Virus record (IMG/VR): IMGVR_UViG_3300020473_000010
Coordinates: 186,001-250,000 of that record
Strand: one strand, 5' to 3'
DNA: 64,000 nucleotides
Made by a program: the position numbers and the translations under genes. The notes under the pieces are model-generated. The model ran no database searches. It was not told where the DNA came from and worked only from the letters and a program-made list of their open reading frames with translations. Numbering within the stretch: the stretch's first letter is position 1; the number at the start of each line of letters is the position of its first letter. This document shows, in pieces, positions 1 to 8,692 of the stretch.

Positions 1-1218
1 GCAGCGGTTTTTACCAAATATTCCAATAATTCCGTTTAATTTTGTAAAATCGACAGAATTATCTGATCCATAACCAAATGTATTGTCAAAAGTCATACGC
101 TGAACGGACCATGAATTTCCTTTTATTTCTGTACCGGAAGCTTTTGGCACAATATCATCCAATATTTTATCAACTTCTTCCCAAAATTCGTTAGATTCTG
201 TTTCTTCGCCGTAATATTCTCGCAAAAGATTCTTATGGGTTTCAGATTTAGATAAATTTTCTATTCTTACCTTGTTTGCAGTGGCTTCGTCTATTCCAAG
301 GTCATTAGAAGATTTTGGATCGATTTTAAAAACTACTTCATCTGCAGATTTTACTCTTCTTAATACTGTCGACAATTTTCTTTGTGTTTTTGGATCCAGT
401 TGTTTATAAGACCGGATCCGGAAACGGGATCCATCCGGCCATTTGTCACATTCCTTTACTGTCGCTTGGATATTTTCTAGAAAGTCAACAGTAACAAAGG
501 GATTATGATGTGTAACAGGGTAAAAATCAACAGACCAATCATTAACCCCACTAATATCCCAAAGTAAAAAGCCTTTTTCTCCAGATTCGCCATAATTTTG
601 CTGAATCGTCGATCCACAATACCAAATCCTCCCATCTGCATCAATCTGCTGTCTTTTGTGGATATCACCTAACATTGTAAAGTCAAATGTTTTAAATAAA
701 TCCATCTTACAATCACCGTCGAGCATCCAGTCAGTATCAGTATGAGAACCCCAGACAGCTCCGTGATAAAGGGCAATATTAATTTTTCCGGGAGTGGGCT
801 TAATTGATGACCACCCATCTAGATCAAACGGGCTGAAAACACACCAATTAATATTTTCTCCTTCTGGATCCGGATAAACGGCGGATTTTCTATAGAGGTG
901 TACATTTCTTAAATTTAATGCGCGCAAAATCGGTGAAATTGCGTCCTGGCGATCTGTATTAAGCACTAATCCATCATGATTTCCTAACATAACATGGACC
1001 GGTGCTATGGAAGACATTTCAGTAAACCACCAATTAAGACAGTCAATAAGTTCTGGGGATATCCCTTGAGTTTTTGAATGTACAATATCACCTGCGATGA
1101 CGAAACAATCTGGGTTTATATCTCGACACTGTTCGAACATGTCGGTAAATGAGCGTCTGTATTCTGCATGTCGAGTTAATCCTCTCCAATGCACGTCCGC
1201 AATGTGTACTATTTTCAT
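1..1218 (-). CDS. Mre11/SbcD (gp47-like) nuclease fused to the start of a Rad50/SbcC (gp46-like) ATPase; runs off the left edge
   Basis: Not in the ORF track; translated by hand from the ATG at 1218 (ATGA overlap with the primase stop). Metallophosphoesterase motifs MKIVHIADVHW, IAGDIVH, LGNHD, YHG, LGDIH and YCGSTIQQNYGE are present. The frame continues without a stop into SVQRMTFDNTFGYG...VDFTKLNGIIGIFGKNRC, the SbcC N-terminus with the start of Walker A. Confidence 0.9.
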   Translation of the reverse strand, partial: MKIVHIADVHWRGLTRHAEYRRSFTDMFEQCRDINPDCFVIAGDIVHSKTQGISPELIDCLNWWFTEMSSIAPVHVMLGNHDGLVLNTDRQDAISPILRALNLRNVHLYRKSAVYPDPEGENINWCVFSPFDLDGWSSIKPTPGKINIALYHGAVWGSHTDTDWMLDGDCKMDLFKTFDFTMLGDIHKRQQIDADGRIWYCGSTIQQNYGESGEKGFLLWDISGVNDWSVDFYPVTHHNPFVTVDFLENIQATVKECDKWPDGSRFRIRSYKQLDPKTQRKLSTVLRRVKSADEVVFKIDPKSSNDLGIDEATANKVRIENLSKSETHKNLLREYYGEETESNEFWEEVDKILDDIVPKASGTEIKGNSWSVQRMTFDNTFGYGSDNSVDFTKLNGIIGIFGKNRC

Positions 1219-2150
1219 AGTTCTTGTATCCTGTTTAATAGGTTGGAATTCTCATTCCATTTTACTGGCTTTGAGACCAAATGTACAACTTCTTTTGGGC
1301 TTAGGTCACCAACGTCACCTTCCGTTAAATTTAAATAAGAAACTTCTAGATTATAACTAGCCAAAAGATCAGCAATATTGTCTTGTTTTTTCTTGGCGTC
1401 CGGATCTAAACATAAAATAACCGGAGTATTATTGGCGGCTAATTCATAAAACAATAAAGAGTTTTCAGACAAAGAAGATCCAAGTAAACATGTTGAATTA
1501 AGATTGATACACTTGACTAAATCTAGGGGACCTTCAACAAGATATACCGGTTGAGTAAAATCTAGATCGATTTCGTTAAATATGATAGCGACCTTAGGGG
1601 CCTTTGCGTTAACGTATTTAATATAAGCGTCGGAATCGATAGCCCGGGCGACCCAATAATTAATATCTCCGGAAGAGTCAAAAGAAGGAATGATTAATCG
1701 GCGCCGGAGTTTCCAATCATCAGAATATCCGATACGGTATCTCCAAAGCATTTGATCTGTAATTCCCCGAGAGTGGGCGTATTTGCGGATCGCAATTGCG
1801 TCTGGATCATGGAGAGATTCCATGATAAGATTAAATCCTTCAGGTAATACGATAGGATCGAATTCGGGTATAGAAAGGGAATTGTTGTAGGTGAAGCCGG
1901 CTGGTTTGAAACGCTGCATGTATTCAGAAACCAAATTTGGTTTCTTCATCTGAATTAGCTTTGCGACATTTCTTCCTCTGATGTTGCATACCCAGCAGTG
2001 GTAGAGATCTGAGTCTAAACGGATACAGAGTTTTTTCTTACCGGGTTTGCCACATTTTGGACAGCGAACTGTTAATTCAACTTCATCGTTTTGGAGTTTT
2101 GATTCTCCAAATACATTTGTTAAAAATTTAATTTTATCTGCATACTTCAT
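1215..2150 (-). CDS. DNA primase (Zn-finger plus TOPRIM, DnaG/gp61-like)
   Basis: CPKC...CWVC zinc-binding domain; RLIIPSFD...YWVAR; TOPRIM motifs YLVEGPLD and LCLDPD. Confidence 0.9.
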   Translation of the reverse strand: MKYADKIKFLTNVFGESKLQNDEVELTVRCPKCGKPGKKKLCIRLDSDLYHCWVCNIRGRNVAKLIQMKKPNLVSEYMQRFKPAGFTYNNSLSIPEFDPIVLPEGFNLIMESLHDPDAIAIRKYAHSRGITDQMLWRYRIGYSDDWKLRRRLIIPSFDSSGDINYWVARAIDSDAYIKYVNAKAPKVAIIFNEIDLDFTQPVYLVEGPLDLVKCINLNSTCLLGSSLSENSLLFYELAANNTPVILCLDPDAKKKQDNIADLLASYNLEVSYLNLTEGDVGDLSPKEVVHLVSKPVKWNENSNLLNRIQEL

Positions 2151-2157
2151 GCATATA

Positions 2158-2721
2158 TTATACAGCTGAATTACTGTTTTTTACAAAACCTGCTTTCGTA
2201 ACAACCCAAGCATCTGCCATATCTCGAGATTCCGGAATTATAATTGTTTTCCCTTTTCTTGGCCCTGATTGTAAAATTTTTGTGGGCCAATTATAATTTA
2301 AATGATTGTTGACCCAATCAAACACTTGTTCTTTGACATCTTTTCCGGCTTTCTTTTTCGAGATGGTTTTGATGCCGCATAATTTTCTAGCTTCGCTAAC
2401 AGAGATTAGTTCAGGCTTAACAGATATCTCATCGAAACAGATATATTGAACTATCCCATTGAACGAAGCTAAACGTGTTATGGTTCGCGCAGAGGACATG
2501 CCAGACGCATATCTCTGGAGTGGCTCTTCAATATAGACTTCGGAGATATTGTATTCATGTTTTTTGTCTTGCAGCCAAATTCTAAATTGAGACCCTTTCG
2601 AAACTAAATCTTTTGTTTTCGAAAGAGAGATATAGCCTAAATCCAGAAGATTTCCTTCTAAATCTAGAATACAAAAACCGGTTGCAGATGTTGAAACATC
2701 TAATCCTAATATAGTCGACAT
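2158..2721 (-). CDS. RuvC-like Holliday junction resolvase
   Basis: ILGLDVSTSATG, VYIEEPL and DMADA acidic motifs of the RuvC/RNase H fold. Confidence 0.85.
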   Translation of the reverse strand: MSTILGLDVSTSATGFCILDLEGNLLDLGYISLSKTKDLVSKGSQFRIWLQDKKHEYNISEVYIEEPLQRYASGMSSARTITRLASFNGIVQYICFDEISVKPELISVSEARKLCGIKTISKKKAGKDVKEQVFDWVNNHLNYNWPTKILQSGPRKGKTIIIPESRDMADAWVVTKAGFVKNSNSAV

Positions 2722-5700
2722 TAATAATCCATTTTTATTCTTAGCAAATAAGAATCGTTATTTCTCTTGAGGAGGGGTTGAGAAAATTTGGCTTTTCCGA
2801 CAACGTTTAAATTTTCATCATGTAAATATACTTCGGAAATATATATAAATTCTTCCTCTAGAGATTCATGGTCGGCCCCTGAAGCTTTGATTGTATCAAT
2901 ATGAGATGGGTTACTTGAAGAATTAAAAAGACCAGTTCGTAAAGGTACATTGATTTCTTGCACATACATGTTTTTGTGGGCTTTAAAATTTATATCTAAA
3001 TCAAAAAGACCAACATAATATATGTGTGGTGATTGTAGCAATATTGTTCCGTGCTCATAAAATACTTGACCAATTTTGTTCCATTTAGCAATTGATCCTG
3101 AAGAATTACTTCTATATAAATTTCCTATGCCATCATCTTTTATGTTTATATAAACATCCGGATTTTCGCTAATTTTGGCTTTTATTTCTATTGATTCTGG
3201 TGATATTTGATCTCCATAAAATATCGTTGGAATATCTATGATTGTTTGTAATGGAGAAATTTGATCAAAATCATCAATATATGTATTATAATCATCCGGA
3301 GAATCAGGGATCATTGTATCATTAATTGCAAGATCTAGTGCATTTCCTTCTTCATCTTTAAAGTCACTAAAATTTGCAAATTCATCGGCAAATTGAAACT
3401 TCGTTTGGCGGCCATCTGTTTTGTCACCGAGCCCTAATAGGCTAATCATGGATTTATTATTAAAATATTTTCCTTGAGAACTTGATATAATTTCATACGA
3501 AGGAACAAAATTCCCATTATCACATGGAAAGATTAGATTATTTCTTCTAGTTGTTGAAGGGTAATTTTTCCAGGAGCCAGTAAGATCCATAATCGAAGGG
3601 GAAGACCGGTCTTTCCCAGCAACCAAGTTGCTCCAGAGTACCAGGCCGTTTGTAGTTACCCATGGGTTTGGCGCGGTGAGCTGGTGAGCATTCCCGGGAA
3701 TATCTGCAGAAATTTTAAGCGAACGACCAGTGCCCATATCTTCGACAGTAAAACCCTCAAGTGATGTTAATAAAGTAGTTAATCTTGAAAATCTTGTTGA
3801 ATGATTCGTTTGAACGTCCGATGTGCCAATTGTTGCTGAGTATTGATTTGTGCCAGTTTCGGTGAAATACTCATCAACCGTTGCTGTGGCATGGTTGAAG
3901 ACTACCTTGTATGTAATCCAATTGGAATAATCCATCTTGAGTTGAAAGGTGAATTCCTTTGTTGTTGCAAAAATGGAGTCAGTATTGCTTAGTGCTATTT
4001 CTATTGAAGCTGTTTCTTCAATATCAGATGTATTTGCTCCTTGACTATAATGTGTAGGCACCAAATCTGCAAAGAATCCCATATTATACAAATAGGGATA
4101 CTCACTATTCGCATAATCTTTACAGAAAGCTTGAACATTTATATTTGGTATTGACCCCATAAAAGCATGATTATTATTAAACGGAGCATTCATAATATTA
4201 GAAACTAAACTAGAAGTAACAAAAGGGGGAAAATCTGTAGGCGAAAGTAAACCAGGAGCTGAAGTAGCATTAGTGTCATTTTCGTTAAATCCCAATGTAG
4301 AATCCGGAGACTGAAACAGTACTGGCAGAATAGTACTCGGATATGAAACTCCATCTGCTGCTCTGTCTTCACTATATTCTAATACGTGATAAAAACTTAC
4401 CGGTGAAGGTTGGTCATATATTACCGGAAGATAAAATAATAATCCATCTGAACCTGTTAGGCTGCATGTATGAAAAGTTTTAATTAGTGTAGATGTTCTA
4501 GGATAATCCCAAATGCGTAATTCAGAAATTTCACATTGAAGCCCAAATTTTAAATTACCCTGCCCTTCTATTGTAGCAAGCCCTGTAGTTTGTGAAGAAG
4601 AAGGTATAATTCCATCTCTTCTAATGGAATCTTTAGCTAGTTTACCAAAACTTAAAAGACTGCTACTGCTATTAGTATCCCAAGCGCCTATTTGGAGATG
4701 CCACCCCTCGCTGGTTCCAAATGTTGATGTCCAGGCCGGGTTGAGCTGAGAGTAATACACTAAGGATTTATTTGATGATAATATATCTTTTTGATTATTA
4801 ATTAAAATCTCTAAATTTTTTCCATTAAAATTAGGTCCCCATCTGATTGCAACATGTGACCAAGTATCAACGGCAACAGTTAAGCTACTAGACCATTGAA
4901 AACTGGATTGGTAGCTGTGTGGAATGGTGTGGTATTGTGAAGCAGGTCCATGATAATATTTTATAAAAAACTGTGTTGGTTTACCATTTAAGTCTAATGA
5001 ATTATTGTCAGGACTAATAGTAATTCCATAACGGTTTTTCAAATGTATGATAGCCGATTCGCTCGTTTGCCTCTTTGAAGGTTTAATCCAAAATTCAAAC
5101 GTAAATCCTTTGTTTATATCTGGAGAATATTGTCCTTTTGGTTTTGTTGTGGTAATCGAATCCGGATCTGTTCTGTTTACGTATACCAAAGCAGAGTGTC
5201 GGCTTCCGAAGCTATTATCTCCTTCTTGGATAAAGTTTAAGCAATTATAATTTGAATAATAATTTCCGCTTTTATAATTCCCGAGTTGTCTAGCCGGCTC
5301 AATTTGATTTCTTGCTATTTGTTGTAAAATATTGGACCCTGAGGAAAAAGTATCATGACCGGCCTTTAATACTCTTATATCTTTTTTTGTGTTATTCCTT
5401 GGATGCATTGGCAAATCGGAATAACCCATATGAGCTTTATGGAGATTTAATTGAGTAATTCCAGGTTTTGAAATTTCGGGTGGCCAATTCTCTTGTGATT
5501 CATATGGATTAGCGCCATCGAGAAGGAGGGCTAAAGCAGCTTCGTAGTTCCCATCGTGAAAACCCCCAGTATTTGATTTAGCATCAATCAATTTTATTTT
5601 GTATCCGGAATCTCCGCTTTCATAAACTGCAAATGAGCCTAATTGGGGATAGGTCGATAATATATTAACTGTAGCTAATGAATTAGTAGATTCAGGATCT

Positions 5701-6356
5701 TTAGATGGAGTTAAGCTGGTAAGTCGGATTATATGGTCCAGATAAATAGCTGGATTATTTGGATCCGTAAATTCTCTCCAGGTATGAGTCCCGGTTTTGG
5801 TGTTGTTGGTCCATGTTTCTGCATCTGAAGTGCCATCATCAGCTTTACCAGCAATTCCTTTATTGATTGCTGAAATAACAGCATCGGCTATTAACCCCGC
5901 GTTGGCGTGAACGCTGGTATTGATAACATGGTTATAATCAGAGACAGTAGGCGTCCCTGAAGAATGAAAAGCGATTATTTTCTTTTGGTATGATAAATCA
6001 CCATTTTTTACTGCTGCTTGGACTGTAATCGTTGCATTATCTGCTGGAACTCCTGAGAAAATAAACCCTGCTGAATATGAATTTGCATTATCAACAAACC
6101 CTTGGCCTGAACCGAATGCCGGCTCATCACCAGCAAAAATTTCAATTCTTCTTTGTTCAAAAGATTGAGCGCTATAAGGGGTAGTTTGAGACAAAAGCAA
6201 TCTTGAATCAACATTATCTTTTTGTAGTTCTGATCTATTGGGGAAGATATAAACAGACCCTGTTAATCCGGAGCTTGATGAAGCCCAGTGACGGGATGTA
6301 TTTAATTGGACCTTTGAATTAACAATCCTCCCTGAGGAAACTTTAAAGATCGACAT
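2721..6356 (-). CDS. Large virion structural protein (1211 aa) with a LamG/concanavalin-like domain, two inserted modules and a conserved C-terminal domain
   Basis: LamG-like FTFEFWIKP/WSHVAIRW/ISELRIWD motifs. The C-terminus FNSSSNPS...YISEVYLHDENLNVVGKAKFSQPLLK...RIKMDY is paralogous to that of the adjacent 520-aa ORF. Confidence 0.65.
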   Translation of the reverse strand: MSIFKVSSGRIVNSKVQLNTSRHWASSSSGLTGSVYIFPNRSELQKDNVDSRLLLSQTTPYSAQSFEQRRIEIFAGDEPAFGSGQGFVDNANSYSAGFIFSGVPADNATITVQAAVKNGDLSYQKKIIAFHSSGTPTVSDYNHVINTSVHANAGLIADAVISAINKGIAGKADDGTSDAETWTNNTKTGTHTWREFTDPNNPAIYLDHIIRLTSLTPSKDPESTNSLATVNILSTYPQLGSFAVYESGDSGYKIKLIDAKSNTGGFHDGNYEAALALLLDGANPYESQENWPPEISKPGITQLNLHKAHMGYSDLPMHPRNNTKKDIRVLKAGHDTFSSGSNILQQIARNQIEPARQLGNYKSGNYYSNYNCLNFIQEGDNSFGSRHSALVYVNRTDPDSITTTKPKGQYSPDINKGFTFEFWIKPSKRQTSESAIIHLKNRYGITISPDNNSLDLNGKPTQFFIKYYHGPASQYHTIPHSYQSSFQWSSSLTVAVDTWSHVAIRWGPNFNGKNLEILINNQKDILSSNKSLVYYSQLNPAWTSTFGTSEGWHLQIGAWDTNSSSSLLSFGKLAKDSIRRDGIIPSSSQTTGLATIEGQGNLKFGLQCEISELRIWDYPRTSTLIKTFHTCSLTGSDGLLFYLPVIYDQPSPVSFYHVLEYSEDRAADGVSYPSTILPVLFQSPDSTLGFNENDTNATSAPGLLSPTDFPPFVTSSLVSNIMNAPFNNNHAFMGSIPNINVQAFCKDYANSEYPYLYNMGFFADLVPTHYSQGANTSDIEETASIEIALSNTDSIFATTKEFTFQLKMDYSNWITYKVVFNHATATVDEYFTETGTNQYSATIGTSDVQTNHSTRFSRLTTLLTSLEGFTVEDMGTGRSLKISADIPGNAHQLTAPNPWVTTNGLVLWSNLVAGKDRSSPSIMDLTGSWKNYPSTTRRNNLIFPCDNGNFVPSYEIISSSQGKYFNNKSMISLLGLGDKTDGRQTKFQFADEFANFSDFKDEEGNALDLAINDTMIPDSPDDYNTYIDDFDQISPLQTIIDIPTIFYGDQISPESIEIKAKISENPDVYINIKDDGIGNLYRSNSSGSIAKWNKIGQVFYEHGTILLQSPHIYYVGLFDLDINFKAHKNMYVQEINVPLRTGLFNSSSNPSHIDTIKASGADHESLEEEFIYISEVYLHDENLNVVGKAKFSQPLLKRNNDSYLLRIKMDY

Positions 6357-6368
6357 AAGCGAGTCTCC

Positions 6369-7931
6369 TTAAAAGTCTAGGCGAACCCTTATTGTAAGAT
6401 CGGTCTCATCATTTTTTTCAATTGGCCTATTGAGTTTTGCAACAGCACATAAGTTTTCGCTGCTGTCGTATAATCCGATTGTTGTTATGAACGTAAAAGT
6501 TCTCTGAGTAGCGGAGGTTGGATCAGTGATTGTACTGAATTGTCCTGTACTTGGTATCGTAAATGTTGGATTATTGCTATAGTTAAATTGAGCAGCTGGA
6601 GCACGACAAAAATAAATATTACTAGATATTTCGGTTTGATTCTGCCAGGCCATTGCAGTTAATGAACTCGACCCTAATCTAACGGTAGAAATATGGTCAA
6701 TAATATTATCAATACTGGCACTAACCACAAAATCTGGAATAAATTTAGCATATGGGTTTGAAAATTGACTACTTGTTCCAGCAGTTCCTTTTGTAGAACC
6801 CATAATAGTCCTACCTTTTGAAACAACTTTTCCATGAGGGAGTGCATGTCTTTGGGGTGGGGTGTTTGCAACTGTTTCTGTCACATCGGTCATTGCATCA
6901 ATTTGCCCTAGCATATGCTGATCAGACCAAAAAGCTTTTCTCATGTCAATAACAGCCATTCCAGCATTATAAAAAATTAATCCTATTGTTTTTGTAGTAT
7001 CGGCTGCTCGAACTAACCTAGCAACTTCTCCACAGGATGCTAGTCTCGTATTAGTACTTGCTCCTAAGTCTGCAACAATGAACGGAGGATGGGTTGCCGC
7101 GGCGGAATGTCCAAGTAAACTTACATTAGAACCGGTAAGATTTGGTAACCATTGTGTCATTAACGCTCTACTTCCCAAGGTTGTAAGTGTTGTTGTTAGG
7201 GCTGTACTTGCTTTTCCGTCATAATAGGTTACATGAGAAGCGGCATCATATGCAGTTCCGTAAGAATCAACAGGGTTAGTTCCATCGAATCCGGAAAAAC
7301 TGGCCGTTGGATAAAGCCTCATTGCGAATGTTTCTTTCCTAATACCATCTCTAACAAACAGTCTGCGAAGATTAATAAACAGAGCTTCGTGAATAACACC
7401 GTAAGTTGAATTTGGTGGTGTGGAATTAACATCTGCAGCATAAGTTGCTGCTGGGATTCCATTATATGGCCAATTGGCATCTGACAACATGAAAGGTGCG
7501 TCTGGGTCACCTAAGCAATGAGCAGCCATCTGTCTGTAATTTGAAACTTTTTCTCTCATCATTAAAGTATTTTGAGCAAACCCTAATTTCCCTGTATTAG
7601 CATCACGGGTAAAACCGGGAGCTTGAGAAACAATGTTATCATAGCCAGAAGACGAATCTCCGAATAAACTGTTATAAAATAACCCAACAGTCATTTCACA
7701 TATAGGGTTTGCAGTCTGTAAAGTAAAATCTTGATCATAAATTGTTTGATACAGGGAAGAAGTTACTCCCGGACCGATTCCACCGGTAACAAATACCTGG
7801 TATTGTCTTCTGGATACAGACGATGAAATATCTTCTTGGACTACATCAATTAATTGATTTAAATGACTTTCCGCGGCTTTGTATTCAGTCCCAAGATCAA
7901 AAGGTTTTGTTGAAATTGTATAAAGGCTCAT
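6369..7931 (-). CDS. Putative virion structural protein (520 aa)
   Basis: C-terminus FNYSNNPTF...FITTIGLYDSSENLCAVAKLNRPIEK...RVRLDF is shared with 2721..6356; lies in the structural gene block. Confidence 0.6.
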   Translation of the reverse strand: MSLYTISTKPFDLGTEYKAAESHLNQLIDVVQEDISSSVSRRQYQVFVTGGIGPGVTSSLYQTIYDQDFTLQTANPICEMTVGLFYNSLFGDSSSGYDNIVSQAPGFTRDANTGKLGFAQNTLMMREKVSNYRQMAAHCLGDPDAPFMLSDANWPYNGIPAATYAADVNSTPPNSTYGVIHEALFINLRRLFVRDGIRKETFAMRLYPTASFSGFDGTNPVDSYGTAYDAASHVTYYDGKASTALTTTLTTLGSRALMTQWLPNLTGSNVSLLGHSAAATHPPFIVADLGASTNTRLASCGEVARLVRAADTTKTIGLIFYNAGMAVIDMRKAFWSDQHMLGQIDAMTDVTETVANTPPQRHALPHGKVVSKGRTIMGSTKGTAGTSSQFSNPYAKFIPDFVVSASIDNIIDHISTVRLGSSSLTAMAWQNQTEISSNIYFCRAPAAQFNYSNNPTFTIPSTGQFSTITDPTSATQRTFTFITTIGLYDSSENLCAVAKLNRPIEKNDETDLTIRVRLDF

Positions 7932-7949
7932 ATTTTAGTTCCGATTAAA

Positions 7950-8591
7950 TTATTGTGTATACTGTACAGTGATATATGTTGTCTTCTGTGGGCCGAACTG
8001 GCTGCGAACAGTAACAGGTACTGTAACTTGGTTATTTTGTAAATATTGCGTTTTTGAAGCCCCGTTGGCATTAATCTCAAATATCCAATCAGAAACCGGG
8101 CTAGAATTATTCCAGGTTGCTGTTGATTCAATTGATCCACCTACTAAGCTTAAAAAATCTGAATTATACTGTATAACCACATCTCCCGGTGATGCAATAG
8201 ATCCGTTCTGATATTTTTGCCGGTCTGTTGGAGATGTCGATAAAGTTATTGTCGTTTGATTTGTTGAGGCTTGATTAATTGTAGACTCAGTTACAGAAAT
8301 TGTAAACGGAATAAACCCAGTATGAGAGGTAGAAACGTTGTTGCCAGTATACAGCGAGTGTTTTGCTGAATAAACACTGTTTGTTGACGCTTCAAAAATT
8401 GGTGTATTTTTTTCAATTTTTTCTTTGCCAATTACTCTACCATATTTTTGAATCAGGGTATAATCTACTTCATCATCGAAAAAAGCGAAAGAAGCTATAT
8501 TTAAATTTCCTTCCGATATTAATTCACGTCCTTTATCTGTTAAAACAGCATCAACTACTATATTGTTAGTACTGTGATCTAAAAATCCCAT
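7950..8591 (-). CDS. Putative virion structural protein (213 aa)
   Basis: N-terminus MGFLD...DAVLTDKGRELI...IASFAFFDDEVDY is paralogous to 19484..20434. Strong SD (AAGGAG) and an ATATTTAT motif lie upstream. Confidence 0.6.
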   Translation of the reverse strand: MGFLDHSTNNIVVDAVLTDKGRELISEGNLNIASFAFFDDEVDYTLIQKYGRVIGKEKIEKNTPIFEASTNSVYSAKHSLYTGNNVSTSHTGFIPFTISVTESTINQASTNQTTITLSTSPTDRQKYQNGSIASPGDVVIQYNSDFLSLVGGSIESTATWNNSSPVSDWIFEINANGASKTQYLQNNQVTVPVTVRSQFGPQKTTYITVQYTQ

Positions 8592-8613
8592 TTTTTGTTC
8601 TCCTTAACTTAAA

Positions 8614-8621
8614 ATAAATAT
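8614..8621 (-). promoter_or_regulatory. Putative late promoter motif ATATTTAT
   Basis: The same 8-mer lies 18-22 nt upstream of the start codons at 8591, 26149 and 48312. Confidence 0.5.
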
Positions 8622-8692
8622 ATCCTTCTTGAATAAATAAATAAAATTTCTTTATCATCGCCTACGAAATTTAATCCTTTATTTTTTAATAA

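Noticed and set aside
477-1360. ORF-track calls 477..668 (-) and 1097..1360 (+)
   Set aside because: Both overlap the Mre11-Rad50 reading frame (1..1218) or the primase, which carry clear catalytic motifs.
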